In this document: positions 23,675 through 36,204 of the stretch, piece by piece
How positions within the stretch are numbered: position 1 is the first letter of the stretch
How the letters are laid out: the number at the start of each line of letters is the position of its first letter
Source of the DNA: Perkinsus olseni
Lineage: Eukaryota
Length of the DNA: 41,828 nt
Assembly (NCBI GenBank): GCA_013115125.1
Contig: JABANN010000295.1
Location: 1-41,828 of the forward strand
Direction: 5' to 3'
The notes under the pieces: generated by a model
What the model was told of the DNA's origin: nothing
The model's database searches: none
The model's input: the letters and a program-made list of their open reading frames with translations, nothing else
Translations under genes and position numbers: made by a program

Positions 23675-26285
23675 ATGCTGACGTCACAGAGCTCATTTCT
23701 CTGTATCGGTATTCTGGCCAGAAGGTGCCCCGCTGTAACACAGCTCACCTCCAGGCGATGCATCATCACTGATACTCATGAGCGAATGACTGCAATCCAA
23801 AATATCAAGGTGATTCCGAGAGGGATGTCATCGGCAGTGTCGCTGACCGCTGCGGCCTCCACTCCTTGCCCAGAAGCGAGCATGTGTTGATCGGATGTCA
23901 GGACCCTGGTGAGCTCCTAGCCTACTACGCCAGTCATGCTGATATGGACCCTCGCTCATTGGAGTCCACACTCCGTGCATTGGGCCATGCCACCAACCAG
24001 AGTCTCGTGCAGAGTGTCATCAACGATGAACGCTTCCACAGGCTTCTTACATCTATCACCACTAAGCTTGAGGTTGGTCGTGGTGACACCGCATGAGTGT
24101 TCATTGTAGTGCTTGCTCTGCAGAGCCTCGATGCGAGATCTATCGCCCGGATGGCGAATGCCCTCGGTCTCTTCCCGAGTAGGACAAGTCCGGAGATGCT
24201 AGAGTGTGCGCAGACGATATGCGAAGTGGCAGTAAAGAGGACCAACGCGTTCAGGTCGTGCTGACAATGACCAGAATTCGCCCACATGTCGTTCGTGCTT
24301 CAGTCCGTCGTCCTTGGCGTCTCTTGCGCTCGGTCTGGCGGTACGCGGGGTGCAGACACCCAAGCTGGTCGAGTTTGTTAGGATGGAGACTATGAAGAGC
24401 TTACAGGTACCGATACGGGAGCTAACGTCTTGCGGAGGAGCGGGAGTTCTGCTCATCTTTTGTGTCAGGACTTCGACCCGGGGCAGATGTGCAACATTCT
24501 GGAGGCCTATCGCCGCTGGAACGTATTCAACCGTGAGCTGGTGGATAACGTGGTGGAGAGAATGACTGATGAAGCGGACAGGTTCGTGATGGGAGTGCGA
24601 ATAGGATCGATCTCTATCATCCCGAACTTTATTAGGTTCACCGGCAGGGACGTAGTTTTGGCGCTTAATGTGATGTCCAAGCTCGCCCTTGCCAGGTAGT
24701 CAGGAGAAGCACCCATGGCGGTCGCTTGTCGTGGGATGCAGAGGTGTCAGTGATGGGAGGCTGTGAATCGCTGCTTTATGGACGTTTCCTTGTTCCCTAA
24801 TTGCACTTCTTTTATGCGTTAGAGGCTTCCTGCTCCGCCGTCTCACTGGCCTCGCCTTCGATAACCTACCTCAATTCACTGGCTCGCAGCTGGTACAGTT
24901 AATGTCCAGCTTGGCCAAGCTGAGGTGGGCCCCTCAGCAATCGTCGTCGTCTGACCGGAAGTACCCAATCAGGTTCCTCACGACAGCAGCGGCCGACGAC
25001 ATAGTGGACGCCATTGGCAAATGCAAGCATACCTTGCCGACCACTCAAGTGGGCTACCACACCGCCAGCAACTCCATCATCGCACTGGTACTGAGCCTCT
25101 CAGGTCAGCGAAGTACTCTTCGCACTGGCGCTCTCCGATTATGAGGGTTCCGAAACGACGATGCAGAAGTTTGTTACACAGTATATGAAGGTAGTCTCAT
25201 CTGGGGCAGCTCGTGAATCTCGTCGTGGATCGCTCCGCTGCAGCTTTCATAGCGTGTTGCATTGCTTCAGGCTCTGGATGGCTCTTATGTTACTCTCTCC
25301 TCCCTCGCCGATGTAGCTTGGTCTCTGTGTTTCTCGCTCACGGATGATACCAGTAAGTTCAGGAAAGCTGCGTTGAACTGATTCCGTGAGTTTTATCGGC
25401 TCAGGCGCGTTGGCAGAAGTTGTCAGGAGAATCTACGAGATGCCTGCTCCCAAGAGTAGAGCGATCCTCCTGAAGATGCATGAGGTAGTGTACTCGCCTG
25501 CTACAGCTGTCACTATCACCGCTTCTCCCGGGCCTCGATAAGCGCTGTGCCGTACGTACGGACCGGACGTCGCCGCGCTGCTGCAGGTGCAGAATTCTTT
25601 GAACCTTGAATATCCGGGTATAGCTAAGAAACACCCTGTGCCGACAGCATGGCTCACTTCGATGGAGGAGAACGATAAGATGGACCAGGACAAGTAGGGC
25701 TTGAGGGTCGAAGGGCAGCTCGGGGTTACAGTGCTTCCCATCACCGCTTCCACTGTTTGAAGATTGGTGGTGCCTCTTTCCTTCAGGACTGACTCGTCCC
25801 GCCTCCACGCTGAAGTTCTCACGCTCCTGGATAACGTTAAGGGCACACATGGCATCCGATCTCGATTGTCGGTAGAGAGAAACGTCCCAATCGGTGAGGG
25901 GCATGGCAGAATCAGCGCAAACATGGAAAGTAGTGGTTTTCATGCAGGTCCGTATCATGTGGATTTCTTCGACGCTGCCACCGGTCTCGTAATTGATATT
26001 GACACCCCCAGCAGACCTACCTCCAGGTGGCCCCTTTCGAATACTATGATATTCTAGATTGAGTAATTTCAGGAAAATGAGACACCGTCATATAGAGCTG
26101 CTGCCCAACACGACGTATAAAACCCTCACGATTAACTACTGGTAAGAGGAAGTGTGAGTGGATCGCTGTTTAGTGACCAGTGTAGGGATTGGAGACGACA
26201 TAGCAGAAAAGAAGAAGAGCAAATGAGCTACTTGAAGGCTGTGGTGAAGCAGGCCTTGGAAGGTCCGAGCCCCGAACAAGAGTGA
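23675..26285 (+). CDS. RAP-domain helical-repeat (FASTK/HPR-like) RNA-binding protein, likely mitochondrial
   Basis: Helical repeats (SLDARSIARMANAL, FSPSSLASLALGLA, FDPGQMCNILEAY, FTGRDVVLALNVMSKL, FTGSQLVQLMSSLAKL) and a C-terminal RAP motif (SSRLHAEV...PIGPYHVDF...VIDIDTP...MRHRHIE...NYWDW). Ends PEQE* at 26285. The start, MLTSQSSFLCIGILARRR, is tentative. Confidence 0.8.
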
Positions 26286-26602
26286 GGGAGGAGCATCATG
26301 AAGTTTCCGAGTAATTATCAATCTCATGTTTCTGACCAATTCTTGGATCTGTTTGGCTGGAGTTATCCGAGAGGTTTTTTCCCGGGAGGGCGCTCGCGGT
26401 ATGTCTTCGATGTGTGCTAGCTTGCCCTTCTGCGCACCTTCTTGGGCGATCCTCTTCGTAGCTAGTATCGAAATTTGTCGCCAATCTACTGATCCCGGTC
26501 TGACCAGAACTCGACGGAAACGATGCTCGCTCCTTATGGCCGTCTTCATTCGGGTAGTCTCTCACCCTCTCGCAGTTCATCTAATTCTTGTTATTGTTAA
26601 AG

Positions 26603-29017
26603 ATGGTATCATCACCGTTACCCGCTCCATCCTCCATGAGAGGTTCTACGGTGGTTGAAGGCGTGTCCACCGAGAAGGGTAAGGTGAAAAGCGACGGCAA
26701 CGAGCTACGTGAGAAAGGCTACGTGACCACTGCTGCGGCCATGAGCTGGCCAACAGCGATGTGTAAACTGACCATACTCTTCTTCTTTTACTTCCTTGGG
26801 CTACTCATCTGTTTTATGCCCAAGTGTGCTGTGCGGAGGTGGGCACGCAGGGTGCAGCGGTACCTGGTCGTGTGGGTGTACGACATCCGCCCGCCGGCGT
26901 ACTCGTCGGTGAGGTTTTTGAATGTGAGAGCACCAATAAAGGGTACGAGTTTTGAACTGGATGGCATTCTCGTTCTACCGGGTGAGGGTGATAAATTTCC
27001 CTTTATACTCATCCGCACGCCCTACGGCAAAGAGACGTTAATCAATGACGCTAGGATCTATGCTGAGCGTGGGTATGGCGTACTCATTCAAGACAGTCGT
27101 GGACGGTTTGGGTCCACAGGAGAGTTCTTCCCCCTGGAAAATGAGCGCGAGGATGCAGCGGCAGCGATCGATTGGCTTGTCCACGACTGCGAGTACTACG
27201 ACGGTGAAGGCATTGGCGTGCATGGTCTGAGCTACAACGGTATGTGTGCTTACAGCTCTCTCTCCAACCCCTTGGGAAGGCAGCACGTGAAGTGCATCGT
27301 CCCCGGTATCTCTGCCTGTGAACTCTATCCCGTCATATTCGGTCACGATGGGAATCAGTGGTCCTTCGAGTTGGTATGCCGTTGGCTGTGGTTGGTGATT
27401 GGTAAAGGTGACACGAAACCTCTGCCGGGCAAGCCGATGCCGTTGAGGAAACGTGTTGAGAGGGTTGGAGTTTTGTTGCAGTAAGAATGACCTTTTTGAC
27501 GGCTAAGACAGCTGTAGTGCGACGCTGCATGCAGGTTCTTCTTCATGCGTGAAGCACCGCCATTCAGACTAGCCTACTGGAGTCTGCCGTTGGAGAACGT
27601 GGATAGTCTGCTGTTGAACGGCCAGCCTTCGGAGGTGTATCAGAAAGCTATCCGGGATACTGATGTTGATGGGGAGTTCTGGAAGCATCGGAATGTGCTG
27701 TGCGACTTGCGTAGGTTACCAGGACTGTCGGTCGGCACTTTTTGTGATCACTATATTTCCCCGCAGGGACCGACACACCGCTGGGTGGTATCCACTTCGT
27801 TGGTGGCTGGTATGACTTCTTCCTCCGCCAGATGCTCAAAGACTACACAAAAGCGAAGGCCTCTGGCCGAGGTATGGGATAGTTACAGTCACCGAAATGT
27901 CACTGAGATCTTAGGTGACGTTCGACTCACTGTGGGCAAGTTCGCTCACTGGCAGCTATTCAAGTACGTGCCACTTTACACACGGACTGTGATGGACTTC
28001 TACGACCACTACTTCGCAGCCCGTGGAAGGAAGGCTACAGACGGAGATCAGGCCTATCCCGTTACTTTGGAGATTGTACGTCCCCCTCCTAGAGGGTACG
28101 TCACTCCGTCATGGTCAGATTCAAAGTCGAGAAGATTCCGTCTCGTACTTGCATCTGACGGATTGGCCGCCTCGGGATACAGTTCCCATGAACTTGGTCA
28201 TGACCTCGAATGGGAGGCTTGTAGATGAGAAGGCAGCCATGGACCAAGAGGAGGGCGTGGTGCGGTATGGAACAGTCCTTTCAAACGAGGACGTGATCGT
28301 GGGTGATGTTACAGGTATCACTATGACCCCCGGGCCCCCACACCGGCTGTCGGAGGCACATCTTTCAATGCGAAGAACTGTGGCGAGAAATTGCAAGATG
28401 ATTTTGAGCGGGAGAGGCTCGCCAACGGGGACTTGGTCGTAGGCCTGGGGCTTGTCGAAAAATTGTCAATCGTGCCCTCCTCGAGGTCTTTACAAGTCCG
28501 CCCTTCGAGACTGATTCCCTTATCGTCGGCAATGTCAAGTGCCGGGCGACTGTGAAGTCCACCGCACAGAGCGTAGACATTGTATGCCGACTTTGTAGGG
28601 TCGACGGAAAGGGTCACTCGTATAATCTCTGCGACGGTCTGGAGCGCCTCTGGGATGTGAGTCTGCTGGGTGCCGATTGTCTCCTCTCACTGCCCAGTGC
28701 TTTAGGCAGGCTCCGCTCACACAGTGGAAGTGGACTTAGGCCCGACATGCGTATTGATCCGCAAAGGCGAGCGTGTGAGGTTGCAGATGACCAGTGCGGC
28801 ATATCCCAGGTGATCGTTAGCCCCTAGATTCTCTTGTACATGTGCTCAAGTTTTCAGGTGGCTGCGCAACTTCAACACTGGCAATAGAGACCTCGCTCGA
28901 GAGACTGAGCTTGGTCCGGTCGCGGAGCAGCAGGTCGTCGTCGGTTCGCCATCGGTGTCATTACTAAGTCTCCCAACGCTGAGGAGTGTCTCAGGAGATC
29001 ACGCACATATCGATTGA
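26603..29017 (+). CDS. CocE/NonD family serine hydrolase (peptidase S15-like) with N-terminal membrane anchor
   Basis: Motifs ILIRTPYGK, AERGYGVLIQDSRGRFGSTGEF, nucleophile GLSYNG, acid motif GGWYD, His motif VGKFAHW, YDPRAPTPAVGG, SYNLCDG, and C-terminal GERVRLQMTSAAYPR|WLRNFNTG. TGA at 29015-29017. Confidence 0.9.
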
Positions 29018-29922
29018 GTACTTTTTGTTCAGCGGGCCGGGACGTATCGAATACGTCGTACACTTTTGTTGTGCCCACAATGATACAGTCGTAGCTGTGG
29101 TTTCCCTCTTTTTTATCACCCGGTCTGTGATTTCTTGCCCGGGTACAGGCCGGTGTTGCGTTCAGTTGGCTTCGGGATAACCGTTTCCGGGAATCTACTT
29201 GCCTCTAAATGCCGATGTCTCGAGCCGTTGTGAATGATTTGGCCGAGTATAAAGAAAGAGATTAACGAGCCAGATACGCTGACATCCCTCAATACACATG
29301 ACCGATCCTCTCCCTCAAGCAAGTTATCCTGGCTCATCGCAAGGCCCTGCGAGAGGAAAATTGGCTCGATCACGGCCCACACGCGAGCCCAATGCCCGGA
29401 AAAGAGTTGCCCCGGGGGTTCAACCGTTTGAGCTGGAATTGGACCCCTGGGACTCGTGATTGGTTTTTATAGTTGTTGGATGCAACTGGGCGGCAACTTC
29501 TCAAGTGCAACCCAAGAAGCGGAGCGTTAACTGAGCCTCAGCCTAGCTGCCATAACGAAGTCTGGTCAGGAGTTCCTAGACGAAAAAGTGACATGATGCG
29601 GTGACTTCGTTGCGGTCGGCCCGCAACGGACCCCATCGAGGTGGAAATTTCACGCACACATGCTGTGAACGTCACGGATCCGAGAGGGAAAGCATACGAA
29701 GGAACATACTCATAATTTTCCTCGATCATTGCAATGCATTGCAGGAATAAGGCAGCAGCCTATCTTGTACGACCCCACATTAGCCTCCCACCCTAGTATC
29801 ACCAACGCAAGCAGGATTGATGCTAGCAGATGATTAAAATAGGTGCACTGTATGAAATTTACGAGCGGTATCTTTTCGGTCATGAGCTTCGTTCGAGTCG
29901 CACCAGCCGAAAAACGTGGTGA

Positions 29923-30478
29923 TCAGCATCCTCCCTTGAAGTCTATTCGACCGTGGGTATCGTAGAAGTCCTTCCCTTCCTGATTGACAGGGTCCGCCTC
30001 GCGATGGAAGGTTAATGGGCCAGCCTTCTCCTACATAAACGATCAACACACACAGGATGCCTCAACCTACTTTCCCCGGCATATGAAAATCAGTATCGTG
30101 TTTGTTGTCGGTAAGTTGCTGCCACTCAGAGAGGATTTCTATCCGGTATGCCTCAGTTTTCGTGAGATCGTCCTGAGGGGAGGTCAGAACTACGCTAGCC
30201 CCGACTCGCATTGGAGCCTCACCTGAAAGCCGGGCAAATTCTTGAGCTTTCTCTTCAGTTCAGAAGCTCTCATCCCTCTCGGATCAAGCGGCGTCGCCAC
30301 CATCATGTCCACATCAGTATACTTGTCAAATAGGGCCTCGCACAGCGAGCAGCATGCGGCGCATCCCGCGGTACTAGCACGCAGGAAGCCTCACCTTCGC
30401 AAGAACCGCTGGCCCACTTCCGAAAGTCAATCTGGGTACGGAGGTCGTGCAGAGTTGCCGAGCTAATCGCTGCATCAT
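29923..30478 (-). CDS. iscX: IscX (YfhJ)-like Fe-S cluster assembly protein with putative mitochondrial presequence, 4 exons, 135 aa
   Basis: Exons 30478-30395, 30336-30223, 30172-30071 and 30030-29923 are separated by phase-0 GT-AG introns of 58, 50 and 40 nt. They encode MMQRLARQLCTTSVPRLTFGSGPAVLAKALFDKYTDVDMMVATPLDPRGMRASELKRKLKNLPGFQDDLTKTEAYRIEILSEWQQL...DFKGGC*, which resembles the IscX pattern AL.D.Y.D.DP...R...L......LP.F.DD......E.I...W. Confidence 0.7.
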
Positions 30479-30615
30479 CGGCGGCACTGCGAGAAAAAAC
30501 GTCTGCGAGAGACGACATATTCCGTGACTTATACCAACGAAACGGGCGTGCAAATAGAAACTGGATCAGCCTGTAACGGTATATTAAACAGTGTCACACA
30601 ACTAGTGCGATGAAC

Positions 30616-32800
30616 TCAGTGAGCTTCATCGAACTGAGGATCTTCTTCAGGATCGATGGGAGCGATCATGACCACAGCGTTGGGTGCAAGCCCCATGTCC
30701 TGATAACACGGTGATCCAGGGATAATCCCTTCTCAGAAGATGATGTCCTCACCTTCAGGGTTCTGCCCCGCTTCCCACGAAGCTTGGTCACTGGGAACGC
30801 CGTGCTAAGCTCGAAGTACCTAAAGGACCACTCACGGACCTCGAGTTGACTCTGGCAAATACCCGAGACTGTCTTCCTCCTCTTCCTCGTTCTCTTTGCC
30901 CTGCGTCGAATCATCCACACAAACATCAGCCCAGTCGTATAGGTCTGCTACGGTGGCATCGGCCAAGAACTTCCGATCGAAGCGCTGAGGCACGACGCGT
31001 GAGGCGAGGCCAACGTACTAATAGACGAGCTTTCGAGTAGCGACCCTCCCCCTCCTGCCCCTGTCATCACTACCTTCCCGCTGGGCATCTTCAAGACGAT
31101 ATGCGCAGCACTTTGACCGGCGGCTGGCTGTGCCATACCCTCCACTCGTCGTCGCGCATTCTGCCGGCGTCTCTGTATTTTCTGTGTCCGATCCATCTCC
31201 TCCTTGGCCTCCTGCTTGGCTCCTATTTCCACCACTACTCCCCAACACTCATCATCATGCCACTTACTTTCTTCCGCCTCTTTGCGGTTTCGCTCCGCCT
31301 CTCTATCCTGGGCAAGGGCCTCCTGGTACCTATCACCACAGCTGACCGAACCAGCTAGCGTACAATCACTACTCCTGGTCCTGCTGCTGCCTCAACTCCC
31401 GATCCATCTGTTGTTGGAGCCTTACTGCCTCGACTCTACTTCGCATCTGATTCGTCCCTCTCTACCCACTCGAGTGCTCCACAATTCCCACCTCATTCTG
31501 GTCCTCAACGCACTTCAGAAGGAGTCCCGTAACTTGCTCCACTGAGCATGCGCTGTCGCCTTGCAGTACTCCACTCACACTGAATGACAGAGCAGACTTT
31601 AGGTCAGCGGCCAAGGATCCACTGGGCTCACCGGAGTTCCGAGTCCGGCTCAACTGCTGTCTGTGGACCCGTTGGGGACCCTCCGGCTGCCTTGGGCATC
31701 AGAGCACAAAGGTACGGGAAGCTGCGAGCACGCATCACCTGAAAGTGGCAAGGCGTGGAATTTCATGGCGCGCGAAAAGTATTACCCTGTAGGCCAGAGA
31801 GTAGCCTTGGGCTGTACCACAGTCAACGCCCCAAAGAACGAAGTTCTCATCCAGTAGCTGAGCAAAAGCGAAAGATGATCCCATCTGCCCCACCACCATC
31901 GTCATGCTAGGTACCTCCCGGACGGTTGAATCGCCCTGAAGAATATCCGACTTGAACTTCTCCGTCCCTTCGGCGTAGTGTGGCCCCGAGTTGTGCAGGT
32001 AGACGAAGAGAAACTTCGTCGACCTCTCCGCAGTAGACAGGGCCTGAGGACACCGGCGAGGATAGGCTGTTGGTTGTATGATATATGAAGTACTACTTGG
32101 GAGAAGGTACCTTCAAAAAACCGGGGGTGGGGTCTGGTGTCACCACCCTTCTCGAGCCACTGATTGAAGTTGTACACAGTGGTACCAGTCAAGCCAGATG
32201 TGAAGAAGCTCCAAAGACCCTGGAGATGATGATAACAGTCAAAGAGGAACCGCAGCATAGGTCACCTTGAAGCAAGCTCCGAAGAAGCCAAAGCATTTGG
32301 CGAACAAGGAGGCGACAGCTGAAAGGACCGAGCGCCACCACGGTCGCTGCTGTTGAGGTCCTCTGCCTCCAGCTGGCTCGTCCTGGGAGGCACCAAGAAG
32401 GGGGGTGGTGAGGGATGGATCTGACCTCGGCAGGTATCTCTCATCGCCACTGCCGATATTAGAGTACCAGATGACGGCCTCGTAGGGGCTACAACCCTCC
32501 TAGTGGGAGTGTAGTCAGACCTGTTGTGCCCTGATGACGACGACGACGCCGCTGCCGCTGGTATGGCCGAGGAACTAATCACCAACAAACCTCCGAAGGA
32601 CTGATCGAGCAAGCAACACCATCGTCCAGGTAGTACCTCGGCTGTGCTGCGGCCTCGTCGTTGTTGGCCAGGTGCAACGTGACAGCCCTTTCAACATCAT
32701 AATCACACACCTCCAGGAGCTGTCTGGCTCTGTCGGCTGGGATGTTAGCGATCTCAGCGACTTGGGCTACAGCCGCGTCGTGATCACTCGCCGCGACCAT
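30616..32800 (-). CDS. UBA-UAS-UBX protein (FAF2/UBXD8-like p97 adaptor)
   Basis: UBA-like start (ARQLLEVCDYDVERAVTLHL), a hydrophobic segment, UAS domain (PRFFEGTFSQ, KFLFVYLH, LLDENFVLWG), coiled coil (RELRQQQDQE|YQEALAQDRE) and UBX domain (IVLKMPSG, LERKFLADATVADLYDW, FELSTAFP, MGLAPNAVV). Stop at 30616-30618. Confidence 0.85.
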
Positions 32801-33101
32801 AATTTTCCGAATTCAAAACTGAGTCAGCTCACCCTTAACCCACTTCCCTCGACGGTCCCTACTCACTTACTCTCAACGCAACCTCTACAGCAGAAGGTCC
32901 ACAGCAGAAACGAGTGTGCCGTCGGAAATGCTACCGTTGGTGATGTGAAGGAAAACCGAAACGAATGGATGACCGTGAGGCCCCCTTGCAGTGGTTGGAG
33001 ATCAGCGCGCATTTTAGGGCAGTCTTGGTGGCTCTGTCAGTAGTAGTAGCGATACTTGATAAATTACATGGTCTAGTGGAAGGCGAGCATCATCATCATC
33101 A

Positions 33102-35555
33102 TCACTCAACAATCTGGTGGGCCTTGGCCTTGAGCTCCTCAGCCTCATGCCGCTGCATCGTGTCCACGTCACCTTCATAGTGCGCCAACTTCCAGTTAAG
33201 GATGGTATCAGCCAAACCCTTAGTCAGCTTATTAGCACCTATACGACAGCGAAGGTCCTCCCAACACGTCATATTTCCACTACTCACCAGAGCCGAAAAC
33301 TGCAGCCTGGTAGGCCAGGACCAACTTGCTCATCTGTCTTCCAGAGAATCCATCAGTCCTCTTGGCAACCTCTTCAAGGTAGGAGGAGTCGATGCTCGGG
33401 TCGACCTAAAAGATACACCCTGGCAGCTTCTCCGGCCTAGAAGCCTGCCTACCTCGATAACCTTGCCGGCCTTAGTGGGCTGGCGGATGTACTCATCCAT
33501 GAACAAGTCAAGCATCTGGCGACGCTGCTCAACCTCAGGGAGAGGGAACTCGAACTGTTCATCCACACGATCGAGTACTGCACGATCCAGGACCTGTGAA
33601 GAGGGATGAGAGGAATTTTTGCTTCGCTCCGCCGTCGAAAATTACCTCTCGAACGTTGGTGGCTAGGACGACCATGAATTTATCGTTTTCAGTACCAGTG
33701 TGGGCGAGGAAGGTCGACAGGACGTTACGGGCATCCTCGGACATGTTGCCTAAAGAACGAAAGTTATGGTACGACCAAAACGGCGATGAAAACACTAGTA
33801 TTACTAGAGCTGGACATGCGGCCGCGTCTGAGGAAGGCATCAGCCTCATCGATAAACAGAATGAGTCCCTTCTTGCTGGTGTTGGCCCAGGCGAAGAGGC
33901 GGTTCATCTCATCAACCTGGCAAGCATTCAATAGGGAATCCGCTCAAACTATGATAGCACGCCTACCGCATCCTTTCCGAGCGGGCCAACATCACCACCG
34001 GTCATGATGGCATAGTCCAGGCCAGATTGACGAGCTAGTGTACGAGCGAAGAGGGTCTTACCAGTACCTGTGGTGACGCGAGTGCCATCATCACACGTCC
34101 AGCAACCCAGAGCTTACCCGGGGGTCCGTAGAGCATAAGGTGTCGGAAAGGCGTGCCATTCTTCTTGGCATTGATGATGGAGTTGGTGGTCCACTGAAGA
34201 CGCTCAGCCAACTCATCCTGAAGTACTATCTTCTCCATCATGTTGGTGCTAGCGGGTCGACCCAGACCTGACCAGTAGAGAGTGTCCCATCAACACGACA
34301 ACTGCCGACATTACCGAGAGCCCTGCTCCAGGATTTACGGCTGGTCTCGCGGACCAGCGGGGGCTTGCCCAGCCTCTTCTCCAAGAGGTTGCCAGCGACC
34401 TTGGTGCCGGCCTTAGCAGTGTAGATACCCAAAGCAACAGCAGTAAGGCCAGTGACCAGGGCGGTCATCTTGGTCTTATCATCAAGCAGTGATCGGAAGC
34501 CCGAACCTAATGGATCATCGTGCCCACCAACTGTGTAGCTTGACCAAGTTACCAAGGGAGCCGAGCGTGGCATTGATGGTGTCAAGCTTGGTCTTGCGCT
34601 CCTCAGCTGCCTTAGCGCGCATGGACCGCAGGTGGACCTAGGAGTACACAGCAGTCACCAATAGCACAATAGCCACAATAGCATCATCATCATCATTACA
34701 TCAACATTCTCACGCTCCTGCTTAATACGGCCATCGGCCTCGGCCTGGGCCCGTGCTACATCGTTGTCACGCTGCAGCTTCATTTGCTGAAGAGGATCAA
34801 GCAGAGTACTTCCCCTCCCTGAGCTAATAGATGGCTACCTCCATCAGCGTGCGACGCCGAGACTCTTCAACCTCCACGTCATTCTTCTTGCGAATTTCTT
34901 CTTGCCTGTAGGTGGCGGGGTGATGGGGCGAATGGCGGAGCGGAGGTTATACCTCAAAAATTGTTGATGTTGCTGAGCCAACCAGTCCTCGTTCTGCTTC
35001 TGCTGATCAGCCAATTTCTTCTGATAAAGTTCCGACTCTAGTTGCGCCTTATACCTGACCATAACCTCCGTTCATCAACAGCATCCGACACCACTCCACC
35101 TACTGTGAAGTCCTCCGCTCCTGATCTTGCTGCTCGGCGATGGTCTTGCGCTTCTCCTCGGCTTCGACCTACCATAGCCCAGCTGGCCACGAACACTCCC
35201 AGCCTCCCCTCTAGGCTACCTGAGCCCTTTGAAGGCCCATTTGTGTCCGCTGTGTTTGGGACTTCTCAATTTCAGTTTGGAACTCCTTCTGTTTACTCTG
35301 CTCCTGCAGCTTGATGATCTCGAAGGCCTTGGTAGCATTCGGTGATGAATCCAGCTCCTTCAACGCCTTAGCACCTACCAACGACCACTAGGCTCATACC
35401 ACTCCATTCGTTATCAATCTACCTCTCTCTAAAGCGGTGGGATCGAACTTGCCGGAGATGGCATCAGTAGTCGGATCGCCACTGCTAGAGGACCCGCTTG
35501 AGGCGGCCACTGCAGCCGAGGGCTTCTTATTCCCGGATGATGATGGGAAGAACAT
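33102..35555 (-). CDS. ATAD3: Mitochondrial AAA+ ATPase ATAD3
   Basis: [16 protein letters not shown], coiled coils, a TM segment ([12 protein letters not shown]), [12 protein letters not shown], Walker A (LYGPP|GTGKT), [14 protein letters not shown], Walker B ([11 protein letters not shown]), VLATN, DRVDE and [10 protein letters not shown]. Confidence 0.95.
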
Positions 35556-36204
35556 TTACTACTACTAACCTGCCATTATTACCACCTTACCCCAGCCGGT
35601 GCCTAAGATGCCGTATCCCAGCTCAACGCTTCGGCAGACCTCGCTGTGCAGGATTCTACTAGCGTGTCCACCACGCTACCTCCCCGTTTGCTGAGGGAGA
35701 TTCGGCCACCGTACAACCGAAATTTTTTCCAACATAACCTCCCCACTGGCCGCGGCCTTGCCGAAGCAATTGCGACCCCAACCAAAGGGTCCCGCTCTGA
35801 GACTCCTACGTGAGAGCTTACCAAGTTCATCTCACGGCATCGCACTGAAACGACATCGCGCGCGCCATTCTAATCGATCAATCTCAGCAGCAATTGCATC
35901 ACTCGTTGAGTTGAGTATTGCGAGGTGTGGTTGTAGCGGGGTGCTACCGAAGGCCTCAGAGGGTCGTGCACTGCTAGCGATAGTGGGTGTGGCAAAAGTG
36001 TTCTTTTTCGGGATGATTCAATCGACTTCCTCGGTGGGAGGCCGTGTAGCAGCTGCGGTTGAGGAAGTCCCGATAGTGCGCTGATAGTCTTTTGTCTGCT
36101 TAGCAGGCCTTTAGCAGCGGTATGAGTGAGGGGGAGCCGATAGTCGGTGGATAGGCTGTCTTGGAGTTGAGGAGAAGCGTAGTTTTTGGTTTCCAAGACT
36201 CCTA

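Noticed and set aside
33088-33103. Poly-His coding tract
   Set aside because: It is a (CAT)n microsatellite at and just after the ATAD3 stop on the opposite strand. A similar tract lies in an ATAD3 intron near 34682.
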